Origin: an uncultured Gammaproteobacteria bacterium
GTDB lineage: Bacteria > Pseudomonadota > Gammaproteobacteria > PS1 > Pseudothioglobaceae
DNA: 24,000 nt
Direction of reading: 5' to 3'
Assembly (NCBI GenBank): GCA_902606745.1
Contig: CACLHR010000016.1
Location: forward strand, 1 to 24,000
Shown here: positions 20,016-24,000 of the stretch, piece by piece
Position numbering within the stretch: the stretch's first letter is position 1
Layout of the letters: every line of letters begins with the position of its first letter
The notes under the pieces: model-generated
Told to the model about the DNA's origin: nothing
Seen by the model: only the letters and a program-made list of their open reading frames with translations
Database searches by the model: none
Translations under genes and position numbers: made by a program

Positions 20016-20159
20016 TTAACAAAAAAATAAGACAAATATAGACTTCATTTTACAAACAAAGTAAAGACTATCTTTAGGGAATTTTTTTAAAATTAATGGC
20101 TTTTTAATCTAAAGCCTTGAAAGATAAAATAATAATGAAAGATTTAATGCTAATAGTAG

Positions 20160-21614
20160 TTAAATATTCTGTGCAGCTTTAATTAAGGCTTGCGCTTTAT
20201 CCATAGTTTCCTGCCACTCTAATTCTGGGACTGAATCATAAACTATTCCTGCACCAGCCTGTACATATAGGACTTCATCTTTAATTACTGCTGTTCTAAT
20301 GGCTATTGCCAAGTCCATCCCTCCATGCCAGGATAGATTGCCAATGGCACCAGAATAAATATTTCGTTTCAAAGATTCTACTTCGTCAATAATCTCCATC
20401 GCTCTCACTTTTGGTGCTCCACTCAAAGTACCCGCTGGAAAAGTTGCCCTCAAAACATCAATAGAACTCATTCCTTCTTTTAACTCACATTCCACATTCG
20501 AAACAATGTGCATCACATGAGAATATCTCTCAATAAACATTTTATCAGTGAGATTGACGCTACCTGTTTTTGCAATTCGACCTAAATCATTACGGCCAAG
20601 GTCAATTAGCATTAAATGCTCTGCAATTTCTTTATCATCTGACAATAGTTCTTCTTCCAGTTTTTGATCCTCCTCAAATGTTTTACCCCGCGAACGGGTT
20701 CCCGCTATCGGCCTGACAGTAGCTATATTATTATTATCTACACGAGTTAAGATTTCTGGTGATGAACCAACTATAGCAACATCATCTAAATCTAAGTAAT
20801 ACATATAAGGCGACGGATTAAGAATCCTTAGTTGGCGGTATAGATCTATTGGCTTTGCTTTGAATGGGCAACTTAAGCGCTGAGATGGGACCACTTGCAT
20901 AACATCCCCAGAAATGATATAGCGCCTTATGTCTTCAACAGTTTTCATAAAATTATTTTTTCCAAAACTTGAGACAAAATCATCAGTCTGAATTCCTGCT
21001 TTAGGGCTTGATACATGGTGGAATGACTTCTTAATATTATCTTCAATCAAATTTAGTTTTGAAACTGCATCCTCATAAGTACTTTCATTAGGATTGATGT
21101 GGGTGATAATATGGACTTTGCTTGATAGGTTATCAACAACCAGCAAATCATTTGACATCATCAATAAGATATCAGCTACATTTAACTCATCTTTTTTGTC
21201 AATGTTTGCTAATTTCGGTTCAATATAACGAATAATTTCATAGCCAAAATATCCCACTAGTCCGCCATTAAAGTCGGGTAAATTATCTAGTTTCGGAACA
21301 TTAAATTGATTTTGGTAATTCTCAATCCATTCGAGGGGATCTTCAACTTCATGCTGCTCCACTAGGACGCCATTTTTTTCTACTCTTACCTCATAATCAT
21401 AAACCTTAATGACAGTTTCAGCAGTCAGGCCAATAAATGAATAACGACCCCATTTTTCGCCACCCTGTACTGACTCTAAAAAATAGCTATAAGGTGAATT
21501 AGCAAGTTTTAGATACAAAGATAAAGCAGTATCGGTATCTACAACAATCTCTCTGGAGAAAGGTATGTGATTGAAACCTTGCTCAATTAGGCCAGTAAAC
21601 TCTGATTTTTCCAT
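20160..21614 (-). CDS. trpE: Anthranilate synthase component I
   Basis: 484 aa. It has SYFLESVQGGEKWGRYSFIG (Trp-feedback region) and a chorismate-binding domain (GTLSGAPKVRAMEIIDE, RNIYSGAIG). No trpG follows it. Confidence 0.93.
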   Translation of the reverse strand: MEKSEFTGLIEQGFNHIPFSREIVVDTDTALSLYLKLANSPYSYFLESVQGGEKWGRYSFIGLTAETVIKVYDYEVRVEKNGVLVEQHEVEDPLEWIENYQNQFNVPKLDNLPDFNGGLVGYFGYEIIRYIEPKLANIDKKDELNVADILLMMSNDLLVVDNLSSKVHIITHINPNESTYEDAVSKLNLIEDNIKKSFHHVSSPKAGIQTDDFVSSFGKNNFMKTVEDIRRYIISGDVMQVVPSQRLSCPFKAKPIDLYRQLRILNPSPYMYYLDLDDVAIVGSSPEILTRVDNNNIATVRPIAGTRSRGKTFEEDQKLEEELLSDDKEIAEHLMLIDLGRNDLGRIAKTGSVNLTDKMFIERYSHVMHIVSNVECELKEGMSSIDVLRATFPAGTLSGAPKVRAMEIIDEVESLKRNIYSGAIGNLSWHGGMDLAIAIRTAVIKDEVLYVQAGAGIVYDSVPELEWQETMDKAQALIKAAQNI

Positions 21615-21680
21615 GGGTGCATTTTAACTTACCAAGATAATGAGTTGTTTGCTTTAGTGGTATATACCCAAAGTGATTAC

Positions 21681-23222
21681 TCATCCCTTGGTGATAACCG
21701 GCTGAGCTAAAATCCAAATGCTTGTAACCGTATAGCCAATCATTAGAACTAACATTGGATACTGGCTTCGCACGGATATTTTTTGCGACCTATATATTCT
21801 AAGTGCAGAAATATGCCCAATATAGACAGCGATAACATGTCCGATAACGATAGTTAATAGAGCAGTCAACCAATAAAACTCAGCTCCAACAAACTTAACA
21901 TTTACACGATAATTTACTGTACCGAACAAATTCCACCCGTAACCAAAAGGGTCCGATAAAAGCGGAATAATTAGTTGACCCTGTATCAGAAGCAGATAAA
22001 GGTAGTGTGCAAAGTGATACGCCAATGCAATTGGCACGATAGAGTAAACAAACTTTACGGCTATAGAAATTGCTGAATAATTTCCCCCACCAAAAACAGC
22101 AATTAGTAAAGAGAAAAATAGATATATACAAATAAAGACTATGTAGAAGGCAATAAAACCAAAGCTCGCGACAATTGATATCTCGGAGATAAATTGTAGC
22201 AAAATATTCTGAATATTCATCCACGCCGGTGTTGAAATAAAACCATCAAATGTGACGGTTGACAGTATGAGAAGTACAAATGCCATCATCGAGAACGAGG
22301 TATCTTCATTTCGAAGCAACCCAATTGCGTATGGCCTAAGGTTTAACTGTCGGTCGTCAAACGACGCTCGATTGAAGCATTCACTGCAATCCACACACAC
22401 TCCATCTTGTCCTCGGCATTCGACTGTACAGTGGGAACAAATTTCAGGATTTTCTATTCGAATTTCTAGAGGTGCGAACTTAGCAAAAAGGCTAAAAACA
22501 ATTGAGAACGCCTCACCGCGGCGTAACCAAACTTCTTTACCGAAAAAGAACATCCCCGACCATGTAATCAATGAATAACCTAGAACAAGTAATGCGATTT
22601 CTTTGGGAACAACTGAGTTCGAATATACGTTTTCAATCCAGGCAAAGCAAAAAAATAGAAAAACTCCGGGCCAAACACCCCAATTCTTTGGATACTTTAA
22701 TTGTCGGGAAAGTCTTTCACCAGAAGCGCATCTCACATATATAAGTTCGGCACATTCAAAAATTATCTTCCATGGATTAATGACCGACCAAAGGTTGCCT
22801 ATAAGTGCGCATATGTAAGCCATTCCAACCCACCAGATTACCCAAACGAAGATTGGAGTAATATTGCTAATTGGGTGTTGATCGCCAATTAGTCCCGCTG
22901 AAATAACTAACACGAACAAGGTAACAGAGATCAGTCTTACAAAGAAAATAACAAACCAATGGGTAATCAGCTTACCGAATTTCCATTTGAGGATATTGAT
23001 CCGCCAATATTGATGGTCTGAGGAATAGCCACGCACAAACAAGCTGCTTACAACAAATGTGAGTACGATTGCTGTAGAGGCGGCAATTAGATAGTTAATT
23101 AAGGGAATTGGGAGGAAATAATAAAATTCTATTCCATGCGCATCGGCTGCTCTAGGAATAAAAGCTAGAACTACAATAAATTTCTGGACGACCGAATTAA
23201 TGTTAAGTCGAAAAATGTTCAC
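21681..23222 (-). CDS. Uncharacterised polytopic membrane protein with an embedded six-cysteine cluster
   Basis: 513-aa ORF whose first in-frame start is GTG at 23222, with no upstream ATG. It has a signal-like N-terminus ending AADA|HG and roughly 10-11 hydrophobic helices. A hydrophilic loop of about 80 aa (residues about 229-308) carries C262-x2-C-x3-C-x6-C-x2-C-x2-C282. His pairs lie in late helices (HFAHY, GHVIAVYIGH). I recognise no family. Confidence 0.7.
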   Translation of the reverse strand: MNIFRLNINSVVQKFIVVLAFIPRAADAHGIEFYYFLPIPLINYLIAASTAIVLTFVVSSLFVRGYSSDHQYWRINILKWKFGKLITHWFVIFFVRLISVTLFVLVISAGLIGDQHPISNITPIFVWVIWWVGMAYICALIGNLWSVINPWKIIFECAELIYVRCASGERLSRQLKYPKNWGVWPGVFLFFCFAWIENVYSNSVVPKEIALLVLGYSLITWSGMFFFGKEVWLRRGEAFSIVFSLFAKFAPLEIRIENPEICSHCTVECRGQDGVCVDCSECFNRASFDDRQLNLRPYAIGLLRNEDTSFSMMAFVLLILSTVTFDGFISTPAWMNIQNILLQFISEISIVASFGFIAFYIVFICIYLFFSLLIAVFGGGNYSAISIAVKFVYSIVPIALAYHFAHYLYLLLIQGQLIIPLLSDPFGYGWNLFGTVNYRVNVKFVGAEFYWLTALLTIVIGHVIAVYIGHISALRIYRSQKISVRSQYPMLVLMIGYTVTSIWILAQPVITKG

Positions 23223-23243
23223 TCTTCACCACAAACCATATCG

Positions 23244-24000
23244 CTACCTACCGCTTATAATGACCTGGCTTTTCCCATTATGATAATGTCTAAACGAGAC
23301 CGAATTCGAAGCTGAAAAGATGGGTACTTCCTGATTATCAATCTTCACAACATAAGGAGGTGAAAATAATGAACTAGGAATGTTTATTTCCGTTTCACTT
23401 TCGACACCCTTTGGACCCGCTGCTGTAAATCGCAACTCTTTGATTTTCCCTTCAAACACTACATCATAGATGTGGGAAATCGAACGCATGACTAACGGTG
23501 CGCTATTTAATTCAAATGTATAGTCAACCGGTATCAGGGGTGGTAATACTGCCCGGTATAACCGACGAACCTTACTCCATTCTGGTCCATACATATCTGA
23601 ACCTTTTGTTTTGACCACAACATAAAGTATGCGACCCGTCGCATCGATTTCAAGGGTTCGATCCTGTGCAAACGTGCTGCCGTAGTTAGAGTGGCCGGTT
23701 TTCGTTCGATCCAGTTGTAGCTCTGCCATGAGTTGTGACTGCGCGGAAGTAATTTCCTTTTTGGAAAGCAGCGGTAAGCCTAAATCCACCGTGTACCAAT
23801 TTTGGCCACCGTTCTTCGTTCGATATACGTGTTCCGGTGTAATCGCATACAACACGAGTGGATTCAACGGATCAATCGCCAAATCAATCACGGGCATCTT
23901 CTCAGGTATTCCGTTCGATGATCGATTCCAATTTTTACCGCCATTTGTCGTCTTATAGATGCCACTTTCTGTAGCCGCGTATAGGGTATCTGGATCTGTG
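23244..24000 (-). CDS. BNR/Asp-box-like beta-propeller repeat protein with an unassigned C-terminal domain (partial; N-terminus beyond the right edge)
   Basis: The frame stays open upstream of the track's ATG (23897) to the window edge: TDPDTLYAATESGIYKTTNGGKNWNRSSNGIPEKMPVIDLAIDPLNPLVLYAITPEHVYRTKNGGQNWYTV. That gives two copies of a DPxxLYAxT-x4-Y[KR]TxNGGxNW repeat. The stop lies 21 nt before the start of the membrane-protein gene. Confidence 0.7.
   Translation of the reverse strand, partial: TDPDTLYAATESGIYKTTNGGKNWNRSSNGIPEKMPVIDLAIDPLNPLVLYAITPEHVYRTKNGGQNWYTVDLGLPLLSKKEITSAQSQLMAELQLDRTKTGHSNYGSTFAQDRTLEIDATGRILYVVVKTKGSDMYGPEWSKVRRLYRAVLPPLIPVDYTFELNSAPLVMRSISHIYDVVFEGKIKELRFTAAGPKGVESETEINIPSSLFSPPYVVKIDNQEVPIFSASNSVSFRHYHNGKSQVIISGR

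Noticed and set aside
20098-20116. Hairpin GGCTTT-N7-AAAGCC downstream of trpE as a rho-independent terminator.
   Set aside because: The stem is only 6 bp and half A/T. On the minus strand it is followed by ATTAATTTTAAAAAAA rather than a clean U-tract. It is too weak to annotate.
23895-23897. ATG at 23897 as the start of the propeller-repeat protein.
   Set aside because: The reading frame remains open to the window edge and continues the same repeat motif, so the gene is partial.

Overview
This window looks like an AT-rich, tightly packed chromosome, probably from a marine Gammaproteobacterium. That taxonomic guess rests on gene content, E. coli-like protein N-termini and a type-A RNase P RNA, with no database search. 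Most of it is housekeeping: class I fumarase, mreBCD-mrdA, tgt, recA-recX, ribD, coaBC, dnaE, trpE and an unannotated rnpB RNA gene on the minus strand (about 5107-5453). Three parts are not ordinary.
(1) The left 5 kb looks like an ectoine-catabolism cluster. It has a DoeA/EutD-like M24 hydrolase, a DoeB/EutE-like deacetylase, an AsnC/Lrp regulator and a EutA-like racemase-superfamily protein. These are flanked by a DMT/EamA permease and an EmrE-type SMR gene instead of the usual TRAP/ABC uptake genes.
(2) A 455-bp ORF-free, very AT-rich spacer lies between the convergent coaBC and dnaE. It stands out in this compact genome and carries a cluster of DnaA-box-like 9-mers.
(3) The right-hand 2.3 kb holds a tightly coupled pair I cannot place in a known family. 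One gene is a partial BNR/Asp-box-like beta-propeller protein. The other is a 513-aa polytopic membrane protein with an embedded CX2CX3CX6CX2CX2C cluster and a possible N-terminal His after signal cleavage. This is my best candidate for an undescribed system, but it runs off the window.
I saw no CRISPR array, tRNA, rRNA, IS element or integrase. All functional calls come from motif recognition by eye and need confirmation by homology search.
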